Assembly (NCBI RefSeq): GCF_000315625.1
Contig: NW_005434633.1
Location: 279,867 to 343,866, forward strand
Direction: 5' to 3'
Source of the DNA: Guillardia theta CCMP2712
Taxonomy: Eukaryota; Protista; Cryptophyta
Length of the DNA stretch: 64,000 bases
Positions within the stretch are counted from its first letter, which is position 1, and each line of letters begins with the position of its first letter. The position numbers and the translations under genes are program-made. A model generated the notes under the pieces. That model ran no database searches. It was not told where the DNA came from and saw nothing but the letters and a program-made list of their open reading frames with translations. Below are positions 13,001 to 28,000 of the stretch, one piece after another.

Positions 13001-16000
13001 CAGTATCCATGCGATGCTGGCAGAATGAATTTGAACTCCACAGATTTAGAGCAACGTTCTGACTGTGATGTTTGCCCTGAGAGATTCGCTTGTCAAACCG
13101 GAACGGGACATAGCAGCGCACCAATACAGAAATGTTCTCGAGGACACTTCTGTCCAGCTGGGACCAGCTTCCCAACTCAATATCCTTGTCCGCCAGGAAC
13201 ATTCACGGAAAGTAATGAGTTGGCCAGCGCTGCGGAGTGCACGGCTTGTCCTCCTGGGTTTTACTGCCTAGGTGGGGAGGCAAAGGTGAGTGGGCAATGC
13301 CCTACAGGATACTACTGCCCGACCAACACCGAGAGCAGCTTTCAATTTCCATGTCCTGCTGGCACTTACAACAGTCAGGTCGGCATCACATCAGTGGAAG
13401 GCTGTTTGGAGTGTCCTCCAGGAAATTTCTGCCTCCAGGGATCTTCGTTTGCGATTCCTTGCTTCGCAGGAACATATTCAAGCTCAAACAGAACTGAGTC
13501 AGCAGGAATTTCCAGCAGCAAGACGATGACTGTATCACCTTCCACCTTTCCATCATGTACTACATGTCCTGGCGGTTCCTTTTGTCCACGAGCAGAAATG
13601 ACTGAACCTATGCCCTGTGGACCTGGTCGCTTCTCGGATCTCGGACAAACGTCATGCGAGCTGTGTCCGGCTGGTCGTTTCTGTGAAACAATGTGGAACA
13701 ACTCAGCTGACCAGCTGGATACGAAGCAATGTCCAGCTGGTCTGTTTTGCCCTGTTGGGACCGCAATATTTCCCCAGTTCATACTTAATAATTGCAGCGG
13801 AGGAAATTATTGTCCCCGAGGGACGCCAATTCCAATTCCATGTCCTGAAGGCACTTTCATGAGCAACAAGGGAGCTAAAAACGTGACTGATTGCCAAGTC
13901 TGCCCGCAAGGATATTTCTGTCCTTTGGGTTCCAGTGCATGGAAGTATAACCTTTGTGCTCCGGGCCATTACTGCCCGGCCGGTTCCTCAAATTCCTTTC
14001 AAGAGCCCTGCCCGGGTGGGACTTATCGCTCCGAGCCTGCGGGAACTGACAGGTCAGACTGTGCCCTCTGCACAGCTGGTCTGTTTTGCCCGGAAGGGAG
14101 CTCCATGGGAGACGAATGCCCTATTGGAGCGTTTTGTCCCGAAGGAAGCGCAGTGCCTGAATTGTGTCCTCAGGGTACGTTTGGAGACTATCCCAGTCTT
14201 CAAAACCTTTCGATGTGCACTCCATGCCTACCAGGAAGGTTTTGCGATCAACCAGGGCTGATAGAACCAAACGGAGTTTGCTCTGCTGGTTATTACTGTC
14301 CCGTGGGATCTTCGTCGGCTACACCTTTGAACTTTTCTTGCCTTGAGGGTGGATACTGCCCCGAGGGTGTAGCTTACCCTATTGCGTGCCCGCCTGGTAC
14401 TTACAATCCTGCCATTTCGTCGAAACGGCTTCTTGATTGTCTCTCTTGTCCGCCTGGTATGTACTGTGACGGTGAGAGAAACGAGCAGCCCGACGGCTAT
14501 TGCAAGGCTGGCTTTTTCTGTACTGAAGGATCTAGCACTCCTGTACCATTTGAATCTAGCTCTGGAGATATTTGTCCGATGGGACACTTTTGCCCTGAAG
14601 GATCGCACGTACCCTTACCCTGCGCGCCTGGTTCTTTTGCTGCTCGGGTAGGGCAGGAACAGTGTACCCCATGTCCAGCGGGATATGTTTGTGCAGGGTA
14701 TCAGCAAGTTTCCCCACGATCGTGTCCTGTTGCACATTACTGTACAGCAAATTCATCAACACCTGTACCGTGTCCAGCTGGATCTTACAGCAACAGAACT
14801 GAGTTGACATCTGAATCCGAGTGTTCATTATGCCCACCAGGATTCGCTTGTACAATTGAAGGGTTACAAGCTCCAGATGTGGTTTGCAACCAATCATGGT
14901 ATTGTCAATCAGGTGCAATCTTTCCGTGGGGTAAATATGACACTTTGACGTCGACTGGCCGTCATTTAGTAGAAGCATGTCCAGCAGGGCACTACTGCGT
15001 CACCGGAGCCAGCGTCCCAACGCCTTGTCCTCCGGGGACATACTGCGAGGGCGGGGACGCACAGCCGGTACCATGCCCAGCGGGGACATACAACATGGAG
15101 GAGATGCAGACGAGCTGCAGGGCGTGTCCGGCAGGGTACCTGTGCTATCCGGGGGGAGTGGTGGACTACTCGAAAGGCAGCTACTATGCTGCAGAGGGCT
15201 TGTATGAATGCGCAGATCCGAGCGGAGGCATCTTCATAGGTCAGGATACGCTTCTAGAGGGCGATCTGGGTAACGTGCACACAAGCGTAGACATGATGGG
15301 GTACCTGATTGTCAGCGGCAGCTTGCGGACTGCAGCTACCGGAGTCGGGAAGTATGACGTGTTCGTGTCGAAGCTCGACATGGGAGGGAAGCTTCTTTGG
15401 ACGACCCTGATAGGCACACCCGACGACGACAGGGCAGAGGGGATGACGGTAGGGGAGGACGGGAGCGTCTACGTGATGACAGGCAGCTCGGGAGGCTCAT
15501 TCCTGACGAGGGTCGGGGGATGCGGGAGAGAGGAGTGGAGGATACCGATGGGAGCAGATGCTGGGCCAGGGACGGCAGCGCATCTGACGCATCAGGGCGA
15601 CAAGGTGTACGCGTCATGGACGGACATGGAGAACAGGTCAAGGCTGGTGCAAGTTGGGGTGAATGGGAGTGTGTACTGGAATCGATCTTTGGGGGGGAAT
15701 CAAAGCTTTGTGCGAGGGGTTGTGTGTGACGGAGAGGGAGCGATCTATGTTGTTAGGGAGATTTCTAATGGAACTGGTGTTTTCCCTTTGATTGGCAATA
15801 AGGTTTCTGTTTCCAAATATGATTTTAATGGCGATTATGTGTGGAATACCTTTTTGGCATTGAGGAGTTTAGCTCTGTACAATCATTTCTCATGGATCCA
15901 TGATACATTGATGTTCGTTGGAAGTTTTCTAGTTCCGATTGATATCTCCAACCTTGACACCAAGGATATAGTTGTGAATGTATCACAGCTCGGCGATGTG

Positions 16001-19000
16001 TCATATAATGTAATGCCTTTTACAAGTGCAGACTACATACAGTTCTTTACAGTTGATGAGGCTGACAACTATTATTTTGTTTTAAAGAGTGATTTAGACT
16101 TTGCATGCAGTCTAAATGGCCAGTACTACTTGCAAAAATTCAATTCGGATGGTACATTGCAGTGGAAATCAGGAGTTTCTTTTAATGATTCTGCAACAAT
16201 CCTGGGATTATCGTTCTCTGCTGGTCAAATACTATTATTTGGATCAGAAATGGCAAGAAACCACACCAATGTCCAAATTCTCAAGCAGTCAAAGCTTTCG
16301 ATGTCTGTCACTTGCGGTGGAATCAGTTTTGGAATGGATTTTCGATGTCCCGTGGGCCATTACTGTCCTATTGGCATCAAGAGCGCACGTGATGGACAAT
16401 GCCCACTCGGGACATTCAATCCTCACAGAGGGATGGAGAACCTATCCCAATGCATCAGCTGCCCTCCTGGTATGTTCTGTGATGCATACTCCTTGCCAGC
16501 TCCAAGTGGGTTTTGCCTCCCTGGGTTCTACTGTCTACGAGGGTCTGCGCATCCAAGAGGGTCGGTTTGTGACAATCGCACTGTAATCTGTGACACACCA
16601 AGGTGCGCGACGACGGAAGTGTCGAGGTCGTCGGAGAGGTGTGGAGGGATTTGCACTAAGGGAACCTTCTGTCCGAGAGGGTCGGACTTTCCTCGGCAAT
16701 GCCCACCTGGATCGTTCTGTGCTGCAGACGGCGCTTCAACTGTAGCTGGCCCATGTCAAGCTGGCTTTTACTGCGAGGTACCCGGAGGGACCAATAGTAC
16801 TCCGTCTGGAGCATCAGCACAAGCTGGTCCATGCCCAGCAGGGTTTTATTGTCCAGTTGGGTCGATTTTACCGAGCAAGTGCCCCAGGGGAACATTCTCA
16901 CAGAAGAAGAAAGCCTGGAGGTTTGAAGACTGTAGCATATGTATGTCGGGCAAAGTTTGCCCGACATACAACACGACTGAGCCGAGCGCGTGTGATCCAG
17001 GCTATTTTTGTCCTCCAGGAAGCAAGGAGGCCACTCCAGAAAACACCATGTGCCCCAAACGACATGCGTGTCCCGAGAACTCTAGCGAGCCAATACCATG
17101 TGCGGCCGGGTACTACCAGGACGAGGTCGGGCAGAGCTCCTGCAAGACCTGCCTCCCAGGTCTCTTCTGTCCAGGTACGTCTGCTAGTGCGGATCCCAAC
17201 GGCACCGTGGTCTGTCCGGTCGGTCACTACTGCCCTACGGGGTCATCGTCGCCCAGGCTGTGCGCAGCGGGGATGTACTCGAGGGACCGGGAGCAGGCGG
17301 TGTGCCAGTACTGCCCAAGGCGATACACATGCCCGACGCCGGGGACGGTAGAGCCGCTGCCGTGTCCGGTGGGTCACTACTGCGGCACTAACAACTCGTC
17401 TCCCGTGCCATGCCCGGCGGGAACATTCAGTTATAGGACTGCTTCATCTCTTCAGGAATGTAATCTTTGTCCTGCAGGACGATTTTGTCCTGAGATTGCA
17501 GCTACTAACTGGTCTGGAATCTGTGATGAAGGATTTTGGTGCTTGTTTGGTTCACAAATCCCACACGTCAACTTCTCAATGGCAGCAATCAGGTTGGGAA
17601 CGATAATTCCTTGTCCTGCAGGGCACTACTGCGTCACCGGAGCCAGCGTCCCAACGCCTTGTCCTCCGGGGACATACTGCGAGGGCGGGGACGCACAGCC
17701 GGTACCATGCCCAGCGGGGACATACAACATGGAGGAGATGCAGACGAGCTGCAGGGCGTGTCCGGCAGGGTACCTGTGCTATCCGGGGGGAGTGGTGGAC
17801 TACTCGAAAGGCAGCTACTATGCTGCAGAGGGCTTGTATGAGTGCGCAGATCCGAGCGGAGGCATCTTCATAGGTCAGGATACGCTTCTAGAGGGCGATC
17901 TGGGTAACGTGCACACAAGCGTAGACATGATGGGGTACCTGATTGTCAGCGGCAGCTTGCGGACGGCAGCTACCGGAGTCGGGAAGTATGACGTGTTCGT
18001 GTCGAAGCTCGACATGGGAGGGAAGCTTCTTTGGACGACCCTGATAGGCACACCCGACGACGACAGGGCAGAGGGGATGACGGTAGGGGAGGACGGGAGC
18101 GTCTACGTGATGACAGGCAGCTCGGGAGGCTCATTCCTGACGAGGGTCGGGGGATGCGGGAGAGAGGAGTGGAGGATACCGATGGGAGCAGATGCTGGGC
18201 CAGGGACGGCAGCGCATCTGACGCATCAGGGCGACAAGGTGTACGCGTCATGGACGGACATGGAGAACAGGTCAAGGCTGGTGCAAGTTGGGGTGAATGG
18301 GAGTGTGTACTGGAATCGATCTTTGGGGGGGAATCAAAGCTTTGTGCGAGGGGTTGTGTGTGACGGAGAGGGAGCGATCTATGTTGCTGCGCAGGCAAGC
18401 AATTCATCATTGGGTACCAGGGGGACTCTGTTGAAGGTCGGTGTATCAGGTGTCACAGTATGGGAGCGAGGTGTAATATCATCTGGTTACATTTCTGTGG
18501 TCGGGACTTTCGCAGATAGGGACGGGTATGTGTGGATCTTTGGCAATACGGGCATCTGCAGCAACATGGCTGAAACCTCGAAACAAGCCTTGAATCTTAC
18601 GATCCATTCAGACTTTATCTCTCGTCCAGCACTCATCGGAGGCTGTGACATTCTCTTGGCAAAGTATGATAATCAAGGGCAGGTAGTACAGTCATTTGTG
18701 CTGGGAACGCCTGGAGATGAAAGGATAACTGATGTGACACTGTCTGACATGGGAGATATATTCATCCTTGGAGAGGCTCTGGTGCTATCGGAGGGATACC
18801 TTCCATTTGTTACAAGGGTACTGACAAGTAGCCAACTGAGCTGGACGAGATTGGTAGGCACAAACAGTACTGGCGTTGGACAGTCAATCTTTTTGCGAGA
18901 TGGTGCGATATCAGTTGTGACTGAGGTTTACAAGGAAGCAGCATCGTCTATGGAGACGAATGTCAGCTTGGTAACGAAGCAAGTCCAAATCGATTTGGTG

Positions 19001-22000
19001 CAGATCGCAACAAGAGAAACATGCAAAGGTGTATCCTTTGGTGAAAGCTTCGAGTGTCCCGTGGGCCATTACTGTCCTATTGGCATCAAGAGCGCACGTG
19101 AAGGACAATGCCCACTCGGGACATTCAATCCTCACAGAGGGATGGAGAGCCTATCCCAATGCATCAGCTGCCCTCCTGGAAAATTTTGTAATGGCTTAGC
19201 TTTGACATCGCCTAGTGGTGACTGCATCGAAGGATTCTATTGTAGAGTTGGGTCAGCAAATGAAATTGCTTCGGTATGCGATCCAAGATCTTATTATTGT
19301 GATACCCCAGGATGCAGCAATTACTACAAAGGAGATGTTATTCCGTCTTGTGGAGGATCTTGTGAACCTGGCATGTTCTGTCCAGCTGGAACTCAGAGGC
19401 AAGAGCCCTGTCCACCTGGATTTTTTTGCATTGAAAACACAAAGGTCACTGGTCCATGCGCTGCCGGATATTATTGTTCTTTACCTGAAGGCAAGACTCC
19501 TACTCCTGATGGTAATGAAACCGGCTTTGGCCCATGTCCAGCAGGGTTTTATTGTCCACTTGGGACAGAAATTCCGATAAGTTGTCCAAGAGGGACATAT
19601 TCAAACAAAGAAAAGGCAACATCAATCAGTGATTGTCAGATTTGTCCTGCTGGAAACTACTGTGATGAGAAAAATCTTAAATATCCAAAACCTTGTCCAT
19701 CTGGATACTATTGCCAAGGTGGTACAAAATTTGCAAAACAAAACTCGAATTTCTGCCCAATTAACACATACTGCCAAGGGGAAAATACAAACCCAATCCT
19801 TTGCAACCCCACATCCTATCAAGACGAGGTCGGGCAGAGCTCCTGCAAGACCTGCCTCCCAGGTCTCTTCTGTCCAGGTACGTCTGCTAGCGCGGATCCC
19901 AACGGCACCGTGGTCTGTCCGGTCGGTCACTACTGCCCTACGGGGTCATCGTCGCCAAGGCTGTGCGCAGCGGGGATGTACTCGAGGGACCGGGAGCAGG
20001 CGGTGTGCCAGTACTGCCCAAGGCGATACACATGCCCGACGCCGGGGACGGTAGAGCCGCTGCCATGTCCGGTGGGTCACTACTGCGGCACTAACAACTC
20101 GTCTCCCGTGCCATGCCCGGCAGGTACGTACAGCAACCTGACCGAGCTAGAAGGCTCGTCGGAGTGTAGGCTGTGCGATCCCGGGAAGTACTGCAGTACG
20201 GCAGGGCTCACGTCTCCGACGGGAATGTGCGAGGCGGGCTATTTCTGCGAGGCTGGGGCGATCAACTCCGCAGGGGCGGCAGACGAGTACACGACGGGAG
20301 GCCGGCGGCGGGTGATGGCATGTCCAGCAGGGCACTACTGCGTCACCGGAGCCAGCGTCCCCACGCCCTGTCCTCCGGGGACATACTGCGAGGGCGGGGA
20401 CGCACAGCCGGTACCATGCCCAGCGGGGACATACAACATGGAGGAGATGCAGACGAGCTGCAGGGCGTGTCCGGCAGGGTACCTGTGCTATCCGGGGGGA
20501 GTGGTAGACTACAGCAACGGCACAAACTACTCGGCCAGCATGCTGCAGACCTGTCTGTCGACCCTGGAGGCAGGGAGCTCAGGCGAGATGTGTGTCTCGA
20601 CGATGGGGGGCCACGACTACAGGTGTCCGCTGGGGCACTACTGCCCCGAGGGGCTCAAGGAGCCGGCCCTTGGCAGGTGTCCGCCAGGTACGTTCAACGC
20701 TCATCACGGACTGAACAATGTCTCGCAATGCATGAGCTGTCCGCCAGGCATGTACTGCGCAGGGTCAGGGCTGGGCTGGCCTAGCGGGCCGTGCCTACCC
20801 GGGCGATACTGTCGGGAGGGGTCGGCAGACGAGTACGGATCGAGGTGCGACAATCGCTCGGTAGCGTGCGACAGTCCACGGTGCGAGCTGATGATAGCGC
20901 GCGTGATCGACGTGACGGGATGCGGGGGGGAGTGTCCGGCAGGGTGGATATGTCCAGGGGGATCATGGGAGCCGCTACCCTGCCCGCCGGGACGGTACTG
21001 TGAGAAGGCTGGTATTGCAAACGCGACGGGACCATGCGACGCAGGATACTACTGCATGAGCGAGGCCGGGGGCTCGATCGGGAGCACGCCGACCCCCGCC
21101 GAGTCTGGAGGGCGGGGACCATGCCCGGCCGGGCACTACTGCCCGGTGGGCACCGTAGCACCAGTGAAGTGTCCTCGGGGCAGCTTCTCAGGGAACGAGA
21201 GAGACACGCAACTGTCGGACTGCACGGCATGTCTGGCAGGGCACTATTGCGGGAAGGAGGGCATGCCAAGAGGAGACATATATGCATGTCCGGAGGGCTA
21301 CTACTGTCCTCAAGGAGCATGGCTCGCTCGAACCGTCAAGACCGTATGTACGAAAGGCCACGCTTGCCCTCAGAACTCGTCGTCCCCTGTACCATGTGCG
21401 GCCGGGTACTACCAGGACGAGGTCGGGCAGAGCTCCTGCAAGACCTGCCTCCCAGGTCTCTTCTGTCCAGGTACGTCTGCTAGCGCGGATCCCAACGGCA
21501 CCGTGGTCTGTCCGGTCGGTCACTACTGCCCTACGGGGTCATCGTCGCCAAGGCTGTGCGCAGCGGGGATGTACTCGAGGGACCGGGAGCAGGCGGTGTG
21601 CCAGTACTGCCCCAGGCGATACACATGCCCGACGCCGGGGACGGTAGAGCCGCTGCCGTGTCCGGTGGGTCACTACTGCGGCACTAACAACTCGTCTCCC
21701 GTGCCATGCCCGGCAGGTACGTACAGCAACCTGACCGAGCTAGAAGGCTCGTCGGAGTGTAGGCTGTGCGATCCCGGGAAGTACTGCAGTACGGCAGGGC
21801 TCACGTCTCCGACGGGAATGTGCGAGGCGGGCTATTTCTGCGAGGCTGGGGCGATCAACTCCGCAGGGGCGGCAGACGAGTACACGACGGGAGGCCGGCG
21901 GCGGGTGATGGCATGTCCAGCAGGGCACTACTGCGTCACCGGAGCCAGCGTCCCCACGCCCTGTCCTCCGGGGACATACTGCGAGGGCGGGGACGCACAG

Positions 22001-25000
22001 CCGGTACCATGCCCAGCGGGGACATACAACATGGAGGAGATGCAGACGAGCTGCAGGGCGTGTCCGGCAGGGTACCTGTGCTATCCGGGGGGAGTGGTAG
22101 ACTACAGCAACGGCACAAACTACTCGGCCAGCATGCTGCAGACCTGTCTGTCGACCCTGGAGGCAGGGAGCTCAGGCGAGATGTGTGTCTCGACGATGGG
22201 GGGCCACGACTACAGGTGTCCGCTGGGGCACTACTGTCCCGAGGGGCTCAAGGAGCCGGCCCTTGGCAGGTGTCCGCCAGGTACGTTCAACGCTCATCAC
22301 GGACTGAACAATGTCTCGCAATGCATGAGCTGTCCGCCAGGCATGTACTGCGCAGGGTCAGGGCTGGGCTGGCCTAGCGGGCCGTGCCTACCCGGGCGAT
22401 ACTGTCGGGAGGGGTCGGCAGACGAGTACGGATCGAGGTGCGACAATCGCTCGGTAGCGTGCGACAGTCCACGGTGCGAACTGATGATAGCGCGCGTGAT
22501 CGACGGGACGGGATGCGGGGGGGAGTGTCCGGCAGGGTGGATATGTCCAGGGGGATCATGGGAGCCGCTACCCTGCCCGCCGGGACGGTACTGTGAGAAG
22601 GCTGGTATTGCAAACGCGACGGGACCATGCGACGCAGGATACTACTGCATGAGCGAGGCCGGGGGCTCGATCGGGAGCACGCCGACCCCCGCCGAGTCTG
22701 GAGGGCGGGGACCATGCCCGGCCGGGCACTACTGCCCGGTGGGCACCGTAGCACCAGTGAAGTGTCCTCGGGGCAGCTTCTCCGGGAACGAGAGGAACAC
22801 GCAACTGTCGGACTGCACGGCATGTTCGGAGGGCTACTACTGTCCTCAGGAAGCTTTGTTGAGTTTTTCCATTTTCGAGTGCTCGCCTGGATACTACTGC
22901 CCTCCACGGTCGCTAAATGACAAGGCTGTCATTTGCCCTGCTGGGTACTTTTGCATTGCTCGAAAAGGGCTACCGGAGCCATGTGCGGCCGGGTACTACC
23001 AGGACGAGGTGGGTCAAACTGGCTGCAAGGTCTGCCCTGAGGGTCATGTATGCCGATACAACGCAACATCCAAACTCAATATCGAAACATGTCCAGCGTG
23101 TCCACCTGGCCATTACTGTGAAAAAGGAACTTCCATTCCAGCAAAATGTGCCGCAGCAACATACAACAGAGTCCAAGGGTTAACAGCGTGCATAGACTGT
23201 CCAGCTCGGTACACATGCCCGACGCCGGGGACGGTAGAGCCGCTGCCGTGTCCGGTGGGTCACTACTGCGGCACTAACAACTCGTCTCCCGTGCCATGCC
23301 CGGCAGGTACGTACAGCAACCTGACCGAGCTAGAAGGCTCGTCGGAGTGTAGGCTGTGCGATCCCGGGAAGTACTGCAGTACGGCAGGGCTCACGTCTCC
23401 GACGGGAATGTGCGAGGCGGGCTATTTCTGCGAGGCTGGGGCGATCAACTCCGCAGGGGCGGCAGACGAGTACACGACGGGAGGCCGGCGGCGGGTGATG
23501 GCATGTCCAGCAGGGCACTACTGCGTCACCGGAGCCAGCGTCCCCACGCCCTGTCCTCCGGGGACATACTGCGAGGGCGGGGACGCACAGCCGGTACCAT
23601 GCCCAGCGGGGACATACAACATGGAGGAGATGCAGACGAGCTGCAGGGCGTGTCCGGCAGGGTACCTGTGCTATCCGGGGGGAGTGGTGGACTACTCGAA
23701 AGGCAGCTACTATGCTGCAGAGGGCTTGTATGAGTGCGCAGATCCGAGCGGAGGTATCTTCATAGGTCAGGATACGCTTCTAGAGGGCGATCTGGGTAAC
23801 GTGCACACAAGCGTAGACATGATGGGGTACCTGATTGTCAGCGGCTGCTTGCGGACTGCAGCTACCGGAGTCGGGAAGTATGACGTGTTCGTGTCGAAGC
23901 TCGACATGGGAGGGAAGCTTCTTTGGACGACCCTGATAGGCACACCCGACGACGACAGGGCAGAGGGGATGACGGTAGGGGAGGACGGGAGCGTCTACGT
24001 GATGACAGGCAGGTCGGGAGGCTCATTCCTGACGAGGGTCGGGGGATGCGGGAGAGAGGAGTGGAGGATACCGATGGGAGCAGATGCTGGGCCAGGGACG
24101 GCAGCGCATCTGACGCATCAGGGCGACAAGGTGTACGCGTCATGGACGGACATGGAGAACAGGTCAAGGCTGGTGCAAGTTGGGGTGAATGGGAGTGTGT
24201 ACTGGAATCGATCTTTGGGGGGGAATCAAAGCTTTGTGCGAGGGGTTGTGTGTGACGGAGAGGGAGCGATCTATGTTGCTGCGCAGGCAAGCAATTCATC
24301 ATTGGGTACCAGGGGGACTCTGTTGAAGGTCGGTGTATCAGGTGTCACAGTATGGGAGCGAGGTGTAATATCATCTGGTTACATTTCTGTGGTCGGGACT
24401 TTCGCAGATAGGGACGGGTATGTGTGGATCTTTGGCAATACGGGCATCTGCAGCAACATGGCTGAAACCTCGAAACAAGCCTTGAATCTTACGATCCATT
24501 CAGACTTTATCTCTCGTCCAGCACTCATCGGAGGCTGTGACATTCTCTTGGCAAAGTATGATAATCAAGGGCAGGTAGTACAGTCATTTGTGCTGGGAAC
24601 GCCTGGAGATGAAAGGATAACTGATGTGACACTGTCTGACATGGGAGATATATTCATCCTTGGAGAGGCTCTGGTGCTATCGGAGGGATACCTTCCATTT
24701 GTTACAAGGGTACTGACAAGTAGCCAACTGAGCTGGACGAGATTGGTAGGCATAAACAGTACTGGCGTTGGACAGTCAATCTTTTTGCGAGATGGTGCGA
24801 TATCAGTTGTGACTGAGGTTTACAAGGAAGCAGCATCGTCTATGGAGACGAATGTCAGCTTGGTAACGAAGCAAGTCCAAATCGATTTGGTGCAGATCGC
24901 AACAAGAGAAATATGCAAAGGTGTATCCTTTGGTGAAAGCTTCGAGTGTCCCGTGGGCCATTTCTGTCCTATTGGCATCAAGAGCGCACGTGATGGACAA

Positions 25001-28000
25001 TGCCCACTCGGGACATTCAATCCTCACAGAGGGATGGAGAACCTATCCCAATGCATCAGCTGCCCTCCTGGTATGTTCTGTGATGCATACTCCTTGCCAG
25101 CTCCAAGTGGGTTTTGCCTCCCTGGGTTCTACTGTCTACGAGGATCGGCGCATCCAAGAGGGTCGGTTTGTGACAATCGCACTGTAATCTGTGACACACC
25201 AAGGTGCGCGACGACGGAAGTGTCGAGGTCGTCGGAGAGGTGTGGAGGGATTTGCACTAAGGGAACCTTCTGTCCGAGAGGGTCGGACTTTCCTCGGCAA
25301 TGCCCACCTGGATCGTTCTGTGCTGCAGACGGCGCTTCAACTGTAGCTGGCCCATGTCAAGCTGGCTTTTACTGCGAGGTACCCGGAGGGACCAATAGTA
25401 CTCCGTCTGGAGCATCAGCACAAGCTGGTCCATGCCCAGCAGGGTTTTATTGTCCAGTTGGGTCGATTTTACCGAGCAAGTGCCCCAGAGGAACATTCTC
25501 ACAGAAGAAGAAAGCCTGGAGGTTTGAAGACTGTAGCATATGTATGTCGGGCAAAGTTTGCCCGACATACAACACGACTGAGCCGAGCGCGTGTGATCCA
25601 GGCTATTTTTGTCCTCCAGGAAGCAAGGAGGCCACTCCAGAAAACACCATGTGCCCCAAACGACATGCGTGTCCCGAGAACTCTAGCGAGCCAATACCAT
25701 GTGCGGCCGGGTACTACCAGGACGAGGTCGGGCAGAGCTCCTGCAAGACCTGCCTCCCAGGTCTCTTCTGTCCAGGTACGTCTGCTAGTGCGGATCCCAA
25801 CGGCACCGTGGTCTGTCCGGTCGGTCACTACTGCCCTACGGGGTCATCGTCGCCAAGGCTGTGCGCAGCGGGGATGTACTCGAGGGACCGGGAGCAGGCG
25901 GTGTGCCAGTACTGCCCAAGGCGATACACATGCCCGACGCCGGGGACGGTAGAGCCGCTGCCGTGTCCGGTGGGTCACTACTGCGGCACTAACAACTCGT
26001 CTCCCGTGCCATGCCCGGCAGGTACGTACAGCAACCTGACCGAGCTAGAAGGCTCGTCGGAGTGTAGGCTGTGCGATCCCGGGAAGTACTGCAGTACGGC
26101 AGGGCTCACGTCTCCGACGGGAATGTGCGAGGCGGGCTATTTCTGCGAGGCTGGGGCGATCAACTCCGCAGGGGCGGCAGACGAGTACACGACGGGAGGC
26201 CGGCGGCGGGTGATGGCATGTCCAGCAGGGCACTACTGCGTCACCGGAGCCAGCGTCCCCACGCCCTGTCCTCCGGGGACATACTGCGAGGGCGGGGACG
26301 CACAGCCGGTACCATGCCCAGCGGGGACATACAACATGGAGGAGATGCAGACGAGCTGCAGGGCGTGTCCGGCAGGGTACCTGTGCTATCCGGGGGGAGT
26401 GGTAGACTACAGCAACGGCACAAACTACTCGGCCAGCATGCTGCAGACCTGTCTGTCGACCCTGGAGGCAGGGAGCTCAGGCGAGATGTGTGTCTCGACG
26501 ATGGGGGGCCACGACTACAGGTGTCCGCTGGGGCACTACTGCCCCGAGGGGCTCAAGGAGCCGGCCCTTGGCAGGTGTCCGCCAGGTACGTTCAACGCTC
26601 ATCACGGACTGAACAATGTCTCGCAATGCATGAGCTGTCCGCCAGGCATGTACTGCGCAGGGTCAGGGCTGGGCTGGCCTAGCGGGCCGTGCCTACCCGG
26701 GCGATACTGTCGGGAGGGGTCGGCAGACGAGTACGGATCGAGGTGCGACAATCGCTCGGTAGCGTGCGACAGTCCACGGTGCGAACTGATGATAGCGCGC
26801 GCGATCGACGGGACGGGATGCGGGGGGGAGTGTCCGGCAGGGTGGATATGTCCAGGGGGATCATGGGAGCCGCTACCCTGCCCGCCGGGACGGTACTGTG
26901 AGAAGGCTGGTATTGCAAACGCGACGGGACCATGCGACGCAGGATACTACTGCATGAGCGAGGCCGGGGGCTCGATCGGGAGCACGCCGACCCCCGCCGA
27001 GTCTGGAGGGCGGGGACCATGCCCGGCCGGGCACTACTGCCCGGTGGGCACCGTAGCACCAGTGAAGTGTCCTCGGGGCAGCTTCTCCTGGAACGAGAGG
27101 AACACGCAACTGTCGGACTGCACGGCATGTCTGGCAGGGCACTATTGCGGGAAGGAGGGCATGCCAAGAGGAGACATATATGCATGTCCGGAGGGCTACT
27201 ACTGTCCTCAAGGAGCATGGCTCGCTCGAACCGTCAAGACCGTATGTACGAAAGGCCACGCTTGCCCTCAGAACTCGTCGTCCCCTGTACCATGTGCGGC
27301 CGGGTACTACCAGGACGAGGTCGGGCAGAGCTCCTGCAAGACCTGCCTCCCAGGTCTCTTCTGTCCAGGTACGTCTGCTAGCGCGGATCCCAACGGCACC
27401 GTGGTCTGTCCGGTCGGTCACTACTGCCCTACGGGGTCATCGTCGCCAAGGCTGTGCGCAGCGGGGATGTACTCGAGGGACCGGGAGCAGGCGGTGTGCC
27501 AGTACTGCCCAAGGCGATACACATGCCCGACGCCGGGGACGGTAGAGCCGCTGCCGTGTCCGGTGGGTCACTACTGCGGCACTAACAACTCGTCTCCCGT
27601 GCCATGCCCGGCAGGTACGTACAGCAACCTGACCGAGCTAGAAGGCTCGTCGGAGTGTAGGCTGTGCGATCCCGGGAAGTACTGCAGTACGGCAGGGCTC
27701 ACGTCTCCGACGGGAATGTGCGAGGCGGGCTATTTCTGCGAGGCTGGGGCGATCAACTCCGCAGGGGCGGCAGACGAGTACACGACGGGAGGCCGGCGGC
27801 GGGTGATGGCATGTCCAGCAGGGCACTACTGCGTCACCGGAGCCAGCGTCCCCACGCCCTGTCCTCCGGGGACATACTGCGAGGGCGGGGACGCACAGCC
27901 GGTACCATGCCCAGCGGGGACATACAACATGGAGGAGATGCAGACGAGCTGCAGGGCGTGTCCGGCAGGGTACCTGTGCTATCCGGAGGGAGTGGTAGAC

